A stretch of 46,344 bases of DNA from the NCBI GenBank assembly GCA_036553915.1, contig DATBOH010000136.1, positions 1-46,344 on the forward strand, in the 5' to 3' direction. A model generated the notes under the pieces. The model saw nothing but the letters and a program-made list of their open reading frames with translations. It did not search any database and was not told where the DNA came from. Position numbers and translations under genes: made by a program. Of the stretch, positions 30,288 through 40,021 are shown piece after piece (the stretch's first letter is position 1; the number at the start of each line of letters is the position of its first letter). This stretch comes from Caulobacteraceae bacterium (lineage in GTDB: Bacteria; Pseudomonadota; Alphaproteobacteria; Caulobacterales; Caulobacteraceae).

Positions 30288-31210
30288 CAGGCTGTCGCTG
30301 GAGCCGGGGGAGCCGGCAGCGGCAAGCGCTGCAGCGGATAAAACTTGTCGGCCATCTTCGGCATCGCTTCGGAGAGGATGGTCTCGATCGTCCAGCCCTC
30401 TGGCTTGCCAAGCGTCTCGATCGGCCGGGGCTGGCTGTAGAGGATGATATTCTCGCCGCTGACACCGAAAATCTGGCCGCTGACGGTCTTGGCCGCATCG
30501 GAGATGAGCGCCACCGAAAAGCGGGCCGGCTGATCGGGGCGGATGTCCCTGGCCATCTGCGCCCGCCGAGCCGCCTGGGCCTCGTCCTTGACCGGCACCG
30601 ATTGGGTCATCCGCGTCCAGGCCACCGGCGCGATGCAGTTGCAGCGCACATTCTTGGCCGCTCCCTCCATGGCGATGATCCGCGACAGACCGGCGATGCC
30701 CATCTTGGCGGCCCCATAGTTGGTCTGGCCGATATTGCCGATGATGCCGCTGGTGGAGGTGTAGAGCATATAGGCGCCGTCCTCCTGCTGCCTGAAATGC
30801 TCGATGGTGGCGCGGCAGACGTTGAAGGTTCCGCGCAGATGCACCTCGATGACTTGATCCCAGTCGCGCTCGCTCATCTTGTGGAACATGCCGTCGCGCA
30901 GGATCCCCGCCGGATTGATCACCGCATGCAGACCGCCGAAGGCGTCGATGGCCTGTTCAAGCATCCCCTGGCAAGCCTTGAGCGAGGTGACGCTCTCGGA
31001 GTTCGAGACCGCCTGGCCGCCGGCGGCGCGGATCTCCTGGGCCACGGTCTCGGCTGGCCCCGCCGAGCCTTCGTCGCCGCCGGAAAGGCCGCCGCCGAGA
31101 TCGTTGACCACGACCTTGGCGCCTTCGGCGGCGGCGATCAGCGCGCAATCGCGGCCGATGCCGTTGCCGCCTCCGGTGACCAGCACCACCTTGCCCTTGA
31201 GGATTCCCAT
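30287..31210 (-). CDS. Short-chain dehydrogenase/reductase (MFE-2/3-hydroxyacyl-CoA dehydrogenase-like)
   Basis: [30 protein letters not shown]; start MGILKGK. Confidence 0.88.
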   Translation of the reverse strand: MGILKGKVVLVTGGGNGIGRDCALIAAAEGAKVVVNDLGGGLSGGDEGSAGPAETVAQEIRAAGGQAVSNSESVTSLKACQGMLEQAIDAFGGLHAVINPAGILRDGMFHKMSERDWDQVIEVHLRGTFNVCRATIEHFRQQEDGAYMLYTSTSGIIGNIGQTNYGAAKMGIAGLSRIIAMEGAAKNVRCNCIAPVAWTRMTQSVPVKDEAQAARRAQMARDIRPDQPARFSVALISDAAKTVSGQIFGVSGENIILYSQPRPIETLGKPEGWTIETILSEAMPKMADKFYPLQRLPLPAPPAPATA

Positions 31211-31250
31211 CGCGCGCCTCCATTTCGAACAGTCGTTCGGCTCAAGAGGC

Positions 31251-32510
31251 TTATTCGAGGCGGTCGGCTTTCCGCAAGGCCGGAAACAGCAGCGCCCAGA
31301 GGCCGGTCGCCGCCAGCGCGCCATAGCCGCCGAACACCACCGCCCCGACCGCCCCCAGAAACCGCGCCGCCAGGCCGCTTTCAAATTCGCCAAGTTCGTT
31401 GGAGGCCGATACAAACAAGCTTGAGACCGCCGCCACCCGGCCGCGCATCGGATCGGGAGTGGCGAGCTGAATCAAGGTCTGGCGCACGAAGACGCTGAGC
31501 ATGTCGGCGCCTCCGAGGACCGCCAGGGCGGCGATCGAGACGGCCAGCCAATGCGAATAGCCGAACGCCAGCGTCGCCGCGCCATAGACGCCAACGCCGA
31601 TGAACATGATCAGACCGGCTTTGGCGCGGATTGGCCGCGCCGCCAGCATCAGGCCGACGATTGTGGCGCCGATGGCTGGGCCGAGCCGTAGCAGGCCGAA
31701 CCCTTGCGGCCCGACGTGCAGGATATCGCGGGCGAAAGCCGGCGGCAGGGCCGTGGCCCCGCCCAGGATCACCGCCGCCAGGTCGAGCGAGATGGCCCCG
31801 AAGACGACCCGGTTGGACCAGACATAGGCCAGCCCTTCGCGCGCCGCCGCCAGGCGAGAGGCCCCGTGGCTGGTCGGCCGAGTGGGCTGGCGAATTCCTA
31901 GCACCGCGACCAGGGCGGCGGCGTAGAGGCCAAAGGTGACGCAATAGGCGGCCCCGGTTGAGAAGCCGATCAGCACTCCGGCGACGGCCGGTCCGACGAT
32001 GGCCGCGCTTTGCCAGGCGAGCGCATTCCAGGCGATCGCCTTGGGCAGCAGGGCGCGCGGCACTAGCATCGGGGCGAGGGCGGTCAGGGCGGGCGAGAAC
32101 CAAGCTCGGGCTGCCCCGAACACGACCGCTATGGCCAGCAGCAGGGGCACGCCGGCGCGCCCGCTCAGCGTGGCCCAGGCGAGGGCGGCGACGGCGACCA
32201 TCTCGACCAGGTAGCAGATGACCAGCACCCGACGGCGGTCGCTGCGATCGACGCTCTCCCCGGCCGGCAACGCCAGCAGCAGCAATGGCGCGAAGGTCAC
32301 CAGGCCGATCAGGCTGACATTGAAGGCTGAATGGGCGACATCAAGGCTGCGTCGCGAGATGGTGTAGACCTGCCAACCCAAGGCCACCGACTGGATCTGC
32401 GAGCCGAGGCCGCCTGTCCAGCGGGCGATCCAGAACAGGCGATAGTCGCGCTGACCAAGCAGGCCGCGGACGCCGCCCGCCGCAAGGCTCGCGTCGGCAG
32501 TGTCGCTCAC
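31251..32510 (-). CDS. MFS transporter (EntS/MFS_3-like)
   Basis: About 12 TM segments; DRRR, LDL.AVILGG, MRGRV, SNELGEFESG. Confidence 0.88.
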   Translation of the reverse strand: MSDTADASLAAGGVRGLLGQRDYRLFWIARWTGGLGSQIQSVALGWQVYTISRRSLDVAHSAFNVSLIGLVTFAPLLLLALPAGESVDRSDRRRVLVICYLVEMVAVAALAWATLSGRAGVPLLLAIAVVFGAARAWFSPALTALAPMLVPRALLPKAIAWNALAWQSAAIVGPAVAGVLIGFSTGAAYCVTFGLYAAALVAVLGIRQPTRPTSHGASRLAAAREGLAYVWSNRVVFGAISLDLAAVILGGATALPPAFARDILHVGPQGFGLLRLGPAIGATIVGLMLAARPIRAKAGLIMFIGVGVYGAATLAFGYSHWLAVSIAALAVLGGADMLSVFVRQTLIQLATPDPMRGRVAAVSSLFVSASNELGEFESGLAARFLGAVGAVVFGGYGALAATGLWALLFPALRKADRLE

Positions 32511-33346
32511 AGGCCAAGCTCGGCCCGCAGCCGCTCCGGTGTCGCACCGCCGGCGCGCAAGGAGGCAATGGTCTCGCTAGCATCGCGTTTGGCAAGCCGC
32601 TTGCCATCAGCGCCGAGGATAAGCGGGTGGTGGCGATAGTCCGGCGTCGGCAGGCGGAGCAGGGCCTGAAGCAGCACCTGGACATGGCACGCCTCCCGAA
32701 GGTCCTCGCCGCGTATGACGCAGGTGACTCCGGACGCGCCATCATCGACCACGGCCGCCAGGTGATAGGCGACCCCCAAATCCTTGCGGGCCAAGATGAC
32801 ATCGCCAGCCAACCACGGATCGGCGCGGATTCGTCCGCGATCCGCATCTTGGAAGGCGAGGTTGGCGAAGCCGTCGAGTTCCCGCTCCGCGGCGGCTATG
32901 GAAAGTCGCCAGGCGAACGCCTCGCCGGCGGCCAAGCGTCTGGCCTCCTCGTCCAAGGGCAGCGCAGCGCCGAGAAAGGCCAGTTGCGGTCCGTGTGGCG
33001 CTGAAGCGCTGGCGGCCGCGGCTTCGGCTCGGGTCTTGAAACAGCGATAGACAAGGCCGCGATCGCGCAGGGCCCTCAGCGCCTCGGCGTAGGCGACCTG
33101 GCGCTTCGACTGAAACACCACCGGTTCGTCCCAGGTGACGCCCAGCCACGCGAGGTCGGCGATGATCGCCTGGGCAAAGGCCGGTCGGCAGCGTGCGGTG
33201 TCGATATCTTCGATGCGCAGATTGAGGCGACCGCCGGCGGCTCGCGCGGCGTCATGGGCGGTGAGGGCCGAAAAAGCGTGGCCGCGATGCAACCGGCCGG
33301 TGGGGGAGGGGGCGAAGCGGGTGACGAAGCCCGCGGGCGGACTCAC
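32507..33346 (-). CDS. gluQ: Glutamyl-Q tRNA(Asp) synthetase
   Basis: RFAPSPTG.LHRGH, RIEDID, YHLAAVVDD, IRGEDL, KRLAKR; no anticodon-binding domain. Confidence 0.9.
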   Translation of the reverse strand: MSPPAGFVTRFAPSPTGRLHRGHAFSALTAHDAARAAGGRLNLRIEDIDTARCRPAFAQAIIADLAWLGVTWDEPVVFQSKRQVAYAEALRALRDRGLVYRCFKTRAEAAAASASAPHGPQLAFLGAALPLDEEARRLAAGEAFAWRLSIAAAERELDGFANLAFQDADRGRIRADPWLAGDVILARKDLGVAYHLAAVVDDGASGVTCVIRGEDLREACHVQVLLQALLRLPTPDYRHHPLILGADGKRLAKRDASETIASLRAGGATPERLRAELGL

Positions 33347-33981
33347 GCGTGGGAGCGGGCGTGCCTAGCGTAGAGGCCGAGGTGGTCAAGGATGGCGCGG
33401 GTGAAGGCCTCCTCGCCGCCGAGGGCTTGCTTGAGCGGCTCAAATTCCTTGAAGGCGACCATTTCGGCGACGCCGTGGGCGGCGCACCAGGCGGCAATGG
33501 TGGCGAGCTTGAGCTCGTGGTCGTTGTCCGGATCCATGCCGACCGCGACCAGGGCTTCGCGGACCTGGCCCCAGCCGCTGGTCTCGTCCTTGGCGTGATC
33601 GGGCATGTCGGCCAGGTCGCAGGCGGTGTCGTACATCAGCCGATAGAGATTGGGGTTCTGACGCGCGAAGGCGACATAGGCGGCGCCGATCTCGCTAAGG
33701 CCGTGACGCGCATCGCGCGCCTTGGCGCGGGAGGCGACGATGGCTTCGCCCAGTTCGTGCCATCCCTGGCTGGCGACGGCGACCAACAGATCGCCCTTGT
33801 CCTTGAAATGATGGTAGGGCGCGGCTGGGCTGACGCCGGCCTCGCGCGCCACGGCGCGCAGCGAAAGCGCTGACGGGCCGTCCTTTTCGAGGATTCTCCG
33901 ACCGGCCAGCAACAAGGCCCGCGACAGGTCTCCGTGATGGTACGGCCGGTTGTCACTGGGGTGGATTTCGGCGTGGGCCAT
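33343..33981 (-). CDS. TetR/AcrR family regulator (WHG-type C-terminus)
   Basis: YHHGDL, LSLRAVAREAGVSPAAPYHHF HTH, W...HG motif. Confidence 0.92.
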   Translation of the reverse strand: MAHAEIHPSDNRPYHHGDLSRALLLAGRRILEKDGPSALSLRAVAREAGVSPAAPYHHFKDKGDLLVAVASQGWHELGEAIVASRAKARDARHGLSEIGAAYVAFARQNPNLYRLMYDTACDLADMPDHAKDETSGWGQVREALVAVGMDPDNDHELKLATIAAWCAAHGVAEMVAFKEFEPLKQALGGEEAFTRAILDHLGLYARHARSHA

Positions 33982-34020
33982 CGGTGTAAGTTTCCCTTCA
34001 AGCCCCCTGTATAAATCTTA

Positions 34021-34085
34021 ATCCGAACGCCGTAAAGATTATCTTGACACCGTTCAGATAGATGTTATCTTAACACCGTCCAGAT
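34021..34085. promoter_or_regulatory. Three 19-bp palindromic operators overlapping a sigma70-type promoter
   Basis: ATCCGAACGCCGTAAAGAT (34021), ATCTTGACACCGTTCAGAT (34041), ATCTTAACACCGTCCAGAT (34067); TTGACA at 34044 and TGn-TATCTT at 34063-34071. Confidence 0.8.
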
Positions 34086-34141
34086 CGGACACACCTTCCC
34101 GATCCCGGGGGGATCCAACCAAAGATAAGGACGATAACGTC

Positions 34142-34249
34142 ATGTCCAAGTTCCTCGCTTTTGAAAACCTGTTCGACCGCTCGGTTTCTTTCTTCCTCAT
34201 CTCGCTTGGCGCCATCGTCGCCGGCGCGACCATGCTGCCCGGCGCCTGA
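34142..34249 (+). CDS. Unannotated 35-aa hydrophobic small protein
   Basis: MSKFLAFENLFDRSVSFFLISLGAIVAGATMLPGA; TAAGGA RBS; promoter upstream; mostly G/C third codon positions; one TM-length hydrophobic stretch. Confidence 0.75.
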   Translation: MSKFLAFENLFDRSVSFFLISLGAIVAGATMLPGA

Positions 34250-34490
34250 GGGTCAGCACGGATGAACGGGCCAGGGATTCGAGGGGGCGCGGGCCGCCTC
34301 CTCGACCCGCCCGGCTCCCGGCGGCCGGCCGATCGTTCCTATCCAAATCGACACTCCGTCATGGAGATATCGCTCAAGTTTTTCTAAGATGGCTCGCACC
34401 CCGGCCGAATGATTCGACCGGAACGGGAGAGACGAGCCTTCACAGACCCTCTTCACATCACCCAGACGAGCCTGCGGGACCGAAGGCGCC

Positions 34491-35051
34491 ATGCAGGTTC
34501 TTGAGCGGCCGCCATCGGGCGCGCCAGCCCTGGTGCTGAATGCCGATTTCCGGCCGCTATCCTACTATCCGCTGTCGCTATGGTCGTGGCAGGAAACCAT
34601 CAAGGCGGTGTTCCTTGAGCGCGTCGAGGTGGTCGCGACCTATGACAGCGTGGTCCATTCGCCGTCGTTCGAGATGCGTCTGCCGAGTGTGGTGTCGCTG
34701 AAGAGCTTCATCGCTCAGGACCGGCCGCCAGCCTTCACCCGCTTCAACCTGTTCCTGCGCGATGGATTCGCTTGCCAGTACTGCGGTTCGCACGAGGACC
34801 TGACTTTCGACCACCTGACGCCACGTTCGCGCGGTGGCCGCACCACCTGGGAGAACATCGTCACCGCCTGCGCTCGCTGCAATCTCGCCAAGGGTGGGCG
34901 CTCCCCGCGCGAGGCTGGAATGCACCCGCACGGCCATCCGCGCCGGCCATCGATGTATGAGCTTCAGGATCGCGGCCGACGCTTCCCCCCCCACCACCTG
35001 CATGTGAGCTGGCTCGACTATCTCTATTGGGACGTTGAACTGGAGGCGTGA
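34491..35051 (+). CDS. HNH endonuclease (McrA-like domain)
   Basis: LVLNADFRPL, RDGFACQYCG, TFDH..PRSRGG, WENIVTACARCN..KG. Confidence 0.92.
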   Translation: MQVLERPPSGAPALVLNADFRPLSYYPLSLWSWQETIKAVFLERVEVVATYDSVVHSPSFEMRLPSVVSLKSFIAQDRPPAFTRFNLFLRDGFACQYCGSHEDLTFDHLTPRSRGGRTTWENIVTACARCNLAKGGRSPREAGMHPHGHPRRPSMYELQDRGRRFPPHHLHVSWLDYLYWDVELEA

Positions 35052-35057
35052 GGAGAC

Positions 35058-35438
35058 TCAGCCCTCGGCGATTGCTGTCTCGCGCTGGGCCGGGTCGTAG
35101 TAGAACCGCTCGGCGACGATGCGGTCTCCTTCCCAAGTCTGCAGCGCGACCTCGTCGAGATGGCGACGACCGCCGTCCGCCAGGCTAATTTCGAACAGCC
35201 AGTTGATCGCCACGCTGTCGCCGTCGATCAGCACGGGGCCGGCCCGTTTGACGACGATGCCCGAGACCATGCCGAGGAACGCTTTCTCCTGAGCGATCAG
35301 GGCGTCGCGGCCGTGCCGGATCTCACCCTGGTTCTCCTGCATGCTTGCCTCAGGGGCATAGAAACCGGCGATGGCCTCGACGAAGCGGCCTTCGCACACA
35401 ACGGCGACGAAATTTTTGACGCATTCCCGCGTCGGCAT
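35058..35438 (-). CDS. NTF2/SnoaL-like protein
   Basis: FYAPEASMQEN, EVALQTW.GDRI..ERFYYD; AGGAGG RBS. Confidence 0.85.
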   Translation of the reverse strand: MPTRECVKNFVAVVCEGRFVEAIAGFYAPEASMQENQGEIRHGRDALIAQEKAFLGMVSGIVVKRAGPVLIDGDSVAINWLFEISLADGGRRHLDEVALQTWEGDRIVAERFYYDPAQRETAIAEG

Positions 35439-35455
35439 GGCGCCTCCTTCTGCCT

Positions 35456-35506
35456 GAATAGATCGATCAATCGAATATATGCCGAGAATAGAGCGGTCAA
35501 TCCATT
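35456..35506. promoter_or_regulatory. Duplicated TetR (LmrA/YxaF-like) operator
   Basis: GAATAGATCGATCAATC (35456) and GAATAGAGCGGTCAATC (35486), 30 nt apart, between divergent genes. Confidence 0.6.
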
Positions 35507-35547
35507 TTCAACTCGTCACCGGCGGCGAACCACGCTAGGCCAGGGCT

Positions 35548-36147
35548 ATGGCGCAGCCTCGCGACACCCCCGAACGTCTGATTCGCGCCGCCGAGCAGCT
35601 GTTTCGCGTTCAGGGCTATTCCGGAACCGGTCTCAAGCAGCTCACCGCCGAAGCCAAGGCGCCGTGGGGCTCGCTCTATCACCACTTCCCGGCCGGCAAG
35701 GCCGAACTTGGAGCGGCGGCGGCCCGCTGGGCCGGCGGCCACTACGCCGAGGGCCTGCGTCGCGCCTTGGCGTCAGGCGCCTCGCCTGGCGCGGCCATCG
35801 AGAGCCTGTTTACGGCCGAAGCCCGAGTCCTCGAGGGCAGCGGCTACCGCAACGGCTGCCCGATCGCCGCTACCACCGTGGATGCCGCCAGCCTCGACGA
35901 GGGCCTGCGCGAAAGCTGCGCCAGCGCCTTTTCCCTCTGGCGTGAGGCCATCGCCGACGGTCTGGTCCGGCATGGCGCGGCGCCGGCGGAGGCCCAGGCC
36001 CTGGCCCAGTTCACGCTTTCGGCGCTTGAGGGGGCGATCGTCCTGGCCCGGGCCGCCAGGTCGCCCGAGGCTTTGCTGGTCTCGGGGCGCCTGATGCGCG
36101 CGACCGTCGATCGTACTGCGTCGGCCTGGCGGCGGCCTTCCGCCTAA
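35548..36147 (+). CDS. TetR family regulator (LmrA/YxaF-like)
   Basis: QGYSGTGL, GSLYHHFP.GK, GCPIA, LEGA. Confidence 0.9.
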   Translation: MAQPRDTPERLIRAAEQLFRVQGYSGTGLKQLTAEAKAPWGSLYHHFPAGKAELGAAAARWAGGHYAEGLRRALASGASPGAAIESLFTAEARVLEGSGYRNGCPIAATTVDAASLDEGLRESCASAFSLWREAIADGLVRHGAAPAEAQALAQFTLSALEGAIVLARAARSPEALLVSGRLMRATVDRTASAWRRPSA

Positions 36148-36602
36148 CTCTCGTAGGGACGACCATCCTTATGGCGAGCGTGGTCGTCGCCGGGCCTGAT
36201 GATCATGTCGATGTCAGAATAGTCGACGCCGTCGGCGTCGCTGCGGAACCCGACCTCCAGCACCCGCGCGGCGGCGGGGCCGCGATTGACCAGATGATGG
36301 CCGTCGGCCTCGCCAGCCTTGAAGCCGGCGCAGTCGCCTGGCCCCAGGAGCTCTTCGCCGGCGTCGGTGATCAAAACGACCTCGCCCTCCAGCACCATGA
36401 CGAACTCGTCCTCGGCGCTATGCCAGTGCCGCTGGCTCGACCAGGCGCCAGGCGGCAGGGTGAGCAGGTTGACGCCAAATTGGGCGAGGCCGGCGGCGTC
36501 GCCCAGGGCTTGTCGCATACGGTCGCGGCAAGGCGCGTCGTGCGGGGCCGGATAGCGGCTGCCACGGCGAACCGGCGTGGCTTCGATGTCGATCTTCTTC
36601 AT
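36144..36602 (-). CDS. Cupin domain protein
   Basis: QFGVNL..LPPGAWSSQRHWH..EDE, GHHLVN. Confidence 0.88.
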   Translation of the reverse strand: MKKIDIEATPVRRGSRYPAPHDAPCRDRMRQALGDAAGLAQFGVNLLTLPPGAWSSQRHWHSAEDEFVMVLEGEVVLITDAGEELLGPGDCAGFKAGEADGHHLVNRGPAAARVLEVGFRSDADGVDYSDIDMIIRPGDDHARHKDGRPYES

Positions 36603-36666
36603 GGCCGGTTCCAGTTGGATTAAAGGCTCGCCTCAGCCTAAGGCAGGGGTCGTAGCGGAGCCAGCC

Positions 36667-37806
36667 ATGATCGATCCGGTCGCCCTCGCCAGCGAACTGA
36701 TCCGCCGCCCCTCGGTCACCCCGGCCGACGCAGGGGCGATGGCGGTGGTCGAGCGAGCTTTGAGCCGGATTGGCTTCACCTGCCGGCGCATGGCCTTTGG
36801 CGGCATCGAGAACCTGTATGCGCGGCGCGGCGGGTCCGGACCCAATCTCTGTTTCGCCGGCCACACCGATGTCGTGCCGCCGGGAGATGCGGCGGCCTGG
36901 GCGCGATCGCCGTTCGCGGGCGAGATTGCCGACGGCCGGCTACACGGTCGCGGGGCCGTGGACATGAAAAGCGCCATCGCCGCCTTCATCGCCGCAGCCG
37001 CCCGAGCCCAAACGGCGGACGGAACTCTTTCACTGTTGATTACCGGCGACGAGGAAGGGATCGCCGAGCATGGCGCCAAGGCTGTCGTCGCCCAGCTTGT
37101 GGCCGATGGCGAGCGCATCGATCACTGCATCGTCGGCGAGCCGACCTCCGCGGCCAGGCTCGGCGACATGATCAAGATTGGCCGCCGCGGCAGCGTCGGG
37201 GCCGAGATCGTCGTGCGCGGCGTTCAGGGCCACGTCGCCTATCCGGACCGGGCGGCCAACCCGGCGCCGGTGCTGGTGCGGCTGTTGGCGCGCCTGATCG
37301 ACCGTCGGCTCGACGACGGCTTCGAGGGCTTCCAGCCGTCAAATCTGGAGGTCACCAGCATCGACATCGGCAATCCGGCCGCCAATGTCATTCCGGCCGA
37401 GGCCCGGGCGCGGCTCAATATCCGCTTCAATCCCGCCCATCGCGGCGCCGATTTGCTCGCCTGGATCGAGCGCGAGGCGGCGCGCGCCGGGATCGAATTC
37501 GCTGGCGACCTAAGCGTCGGCGGCCGAATCAGCGGCGAGGCTTTTCTCACGCCGCCCGGAGCCTTCACGGCCTTGGTCTCCGAAGCGGTGACCGCGATAA
37601 CCGGGGTCAGCCCAGAGCTTTCGACGACCGGCGGGACCTCGGACGCCCGCTTCATCCGCCAACTCTGCCCGGTGGTCGAGTTGGGTCTGGTGGGGACGAC
37701 CATGCACAAGGTCGACGAATGCGTCGATGTCGCCGACATCGAGACCCTGGCGCGGATCTATGAGCGGCTGATCGGTGATTACGTCGCCGCCCCACCCACC
37801 TCATAG
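36667..37806 (+). CDS. dapE: Succinyl-diaminopimelate desuccinylase
   Basis: [40 protein letters not shown]. Confidence 0.95.
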   Translation: MIDPVALASELIRRPSVTPADAGAMAVVERALSRIGFTCRRMAFGGIENLYARRGGSGPNLCFAGHTDVVPPGDAAAWARSPFAGEIADGRLHGRGAVDMKSAIAAFIAAAARAQTADGTLSLLITGDEEGIAEHGAKAVVAQLVADGERIDHCIVGEPTSAARLGDMIKIGRRGSVGAEIVVRGVQGHVAYPDRAANPAPVLVRLLARLIDRRLDDGFEGFQPSNLEVTSIDIGNPAANVIPAEARARLNIRFNPAHRGADLLAWIEREAARAGIEFAGDLSVGGRISGEAFLTPPGAFTALVSEAVTAITGVSPELSTTGGTSDARFIRQLCPVVELGLVGTTMHKVDECVDVADIETLARIYERLIGDYVAAPPTS

Positions 37807-38537
37807 TCCACGGCCATCAGGGTGAGGCCGGCGGCAGGAGCCACCGGGCCGCACGCGGCGCGATCGGCTGCTTCGAGGGCGGCGCCGAACTGGGCGATGC
37901 TCCAGCGGCCAAGGCCGACCTCGGCCAGGCTGCCGACCATCGAGCGCACCTGGCGATGCAGGAACGAGCGGGCCGCGAACGTCAGGCGAACCTCCTCGCC
38001 AAAGCGGGCGACCGCCGCCGCCTCCAGAGTCTTGACAGCCGAGGCGGCCTGGCAGGCGGCGTCGCGAAAGGTGGTGAAGTCGTGGCGCCCGATCAACGAC
38101 TCGGCCGCCAGCCCCATCGCCGCTTCGTCGAGTCGCCGGCGGATGTGCCAGACGCGCCCCGCCTCAAGCGCCGGCGGTCCGGCGCGGTTGAGAATGCGGT
38201 AGCGATAGTGGCGGCGGCTGGCCGAAAAGCGCGCGTGAAAGTCGTCGCCGACACGCTCTGCGGCCAGGATGGCGATCGGCACGCCGCAGAGATGGGCGTT
38301 GAGGGCGTTCATCACCGTCGCCGCCGGCCAGGCCTTGGCGAGATCGACGTGCACGACCTGGCCGGCCGCGTGCACGCCGCTGTCGGTGCGCCCGGCGGCG
38401 GCCACGCGTACGGTCTCGCCCGCGAAGGCGGCAATGGCCGCCTCCAAGGCGGTCTGGACCGAAGGCTGGCCAGCCTGGGCCTGAAAGCCGTTGAAGGGAC
38501 CACCATCGTATTCGACCGCCAAGCGGTAGCGAGTCAT
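37779..38537 (-). CDS. truA: tRNA pseudouridine(38-40) synthase
   Basis: [32 protein letters not shown]. Confidence 0.95.
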   Translation of the reverse strand: MTRYRLAVEYDGGPFNGFQAQAGQPSVQTALEAAIAAFAGETVRVAAAGRTDSGVHAAGQVVHVDLAKAWPAATVMNALNAHLCGVPIAILAAERVGDDFHARFSASRRHYRYRILNRAGPPALEAGRVWHIRRRLDEAAMGLAAESLIGRHDFTTFRDAACQAASAVKTLEAAAVARFGEEVRLTFAARSFLHRQVRSMVGSLAEVGLGRWSIAQFGAALEAADRAACGPVAPAAGLTLMAVDYEVGGAAT

Positions 38538-39463
38538 CAGGTTAGCCGCACGCCGGCCGGAACCGGTAGGCCGCGCAACAACGCTTCGGCCGGGCCAGCG
38601 GCCCGGCCCTCGCGCTGGGCCTCAAGAATGCGCACCGCGCCGCCACGGCAGGCGATCAGCAGGCCGCCGTCGAGGGTCAGCCCAGGCGCGCCGACGCCCT
38701 CCTCGAGCCGCGATAGCAGGGCCTTGATGCGCACCGGCCCGCGCGGGCTGGGAACCTCAAACCAGGCGCCGGGGGCGGGCGAAAGGCCGCGGATGCGCCG
38801 GTCGACCTCGCCGGCCGGCCGGTCCCAGTCAATCCGCGTCTCGGCCGGTTTGATCTTGCGCGCGTAGCTCGCCCCCGTATCCGGTTGCGGGGTCGCGACC
38901 GCCCGACCCATTTGCACCGCGGCCAGGGTGTCAACCATCAGCGTCGCGCCGAGCCGGGACAGGCGCTCGGCGAGCGTTCCGGCGGTGTCCAGGGCGTCTA
39001 TACGGGTGACGACACTGGCCAGCACTGCGCCGGTGTCGAGTCCGGCGTCCATCTGCATCGCCTGGACGCCGGTGACCGCATCACCGGCCATCAAGGCGCG
39101 CTGGATCGGCGCCGCGCCGCGCCATCGCGGCAACAGCGAGGCGTGCAGATTGATGCACCCCAGCCGGGGTGCGGCAAGCACCGCCGCATCGAGAATCTGG
39201 CCGAAGGCCACAACCACGGCGACGTCCAGGTCGAGGACGGCGAAGGCGGCCGCCGCGGCCGGTTCACGCAGGCTGACCGGCGTCCGCACCGTCAGGCCGC
39301 GCGCCTCGCCCAAGGCGTGCACTGGGGTTAGGGCAAGGCTCTGGCCACGGCCGCGCCGAGCCGGCGGCTGTGAATAGACGCAGGCGATCTCGTGGCCGGC
39401 GGCGATCAGGGCTTCGAGGGTCGGAACGGCGAAAGCCGGGGCGCCAAGAAAGGCCAGGCGCAT
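38537..39463 (-). CDS. fmt: Methionyl-tRNA formyltransferase
   Basis: [27 protein letters not shown]. Confidence 0.95.
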   Translation of the reverse strand: MRLAFLGAPAFAVPTLEALIAAGHEIACVYSQPPARRGRGQSLALTPVHALGEARGLTVRTPVSLREPAAAAAFAVLDLDVAVVVAFGQILDAAVLAAPRLGCINLHASLLPRWRGAAPIQRALMAGDAVTGVQAMQMDAGLDTGAVLASVVTRIDALDTAGTLAERLSRLGATLMVDTLAAVQMGRAVATPQPDTGASYARKIKPAETRIDWDRPAGEVDRRIRGLSPAPGAWFEVPSPRGPVRIKALLSRLEEGVGAPGLTLDGGLLIACRGGAVRILEAQREGRAAGPAEALLRGLPVPAGVRLT

Positions 39464-39484
39464 GGCGTCAGGCGCCGCCGGCGA

Positions 39485-40021
39485 TCACAGGCGTGGCGAT
39501 TCCAGCTCTTCGGCGCGAGCCGTCTTGCGCACCTTGGCTACGGCGCGGTCGCGCTTGAGCCGCGACAGATGGTCGATGAAGAGCACGCCGTTGAGGTGGT
39601 CGATCTCATGCTGGATGCAGACTGCGAACAGGCCCTCGGCGTCTTCCTCGACCGCATTTCCGGCATAGTCGAGATAGCGAAGCTTGACCTTGGCGGCGCG
39701 CTCGACCTCGTCGAATATCTCCGGGACCGACAGGCAGCCTTCTTCATAGGGCACGACCTCTTCCGAGGCCCAGACGATCTCCGGATTGACGAAATGGCGC
39801 GGCGCCTTGGGCGCCTCGTCACGCGCCAGATCCATGACAATCACTCGCTTGGGAACCCCGACCTGGATGGCCGCCAGGCCAATGCCGGGGGCGGCGTACA
39901 TGGTCTCGACCATGTCATCCATAAGGGCCCGCAGGGCGTCGTCGACGCCCTCGACCGGGGACGAAACCGTCTTCAGCGTCGCCAGGTCGGCGTCGACCGT
40001 CAGAATGGAGCGCAGGCTCAT
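39485..40021 (-). CDS. def: Peptide deformylase
   Basis: [19 protein letters not shown]. Confidence 0.97.
   Translation of the reverse strand: MSLRSILTVDADLATLKTVSSPVEGVDDALRALMDDMVETMYAAPGIGLAAIQVGVPKRVIVMDLARDEAPKAPRHFVNPEIVWASEEVVPYEEGCLSVPEIFDEVERAAKVKLRYLDYAGNAVEEDAEGLFAVCIQHEIDHLNGVLFIDHLSRLKRDRAVAKVRKTARAEELESPRL

Noticed and set aside
34491-35051. HNH endonuclease as a defence or homing element
   Set aside because: It resembles the stand-alone HNH protein common in alphaproteobacterial chromosomes; no methylase, intron or defence partners are adjacent
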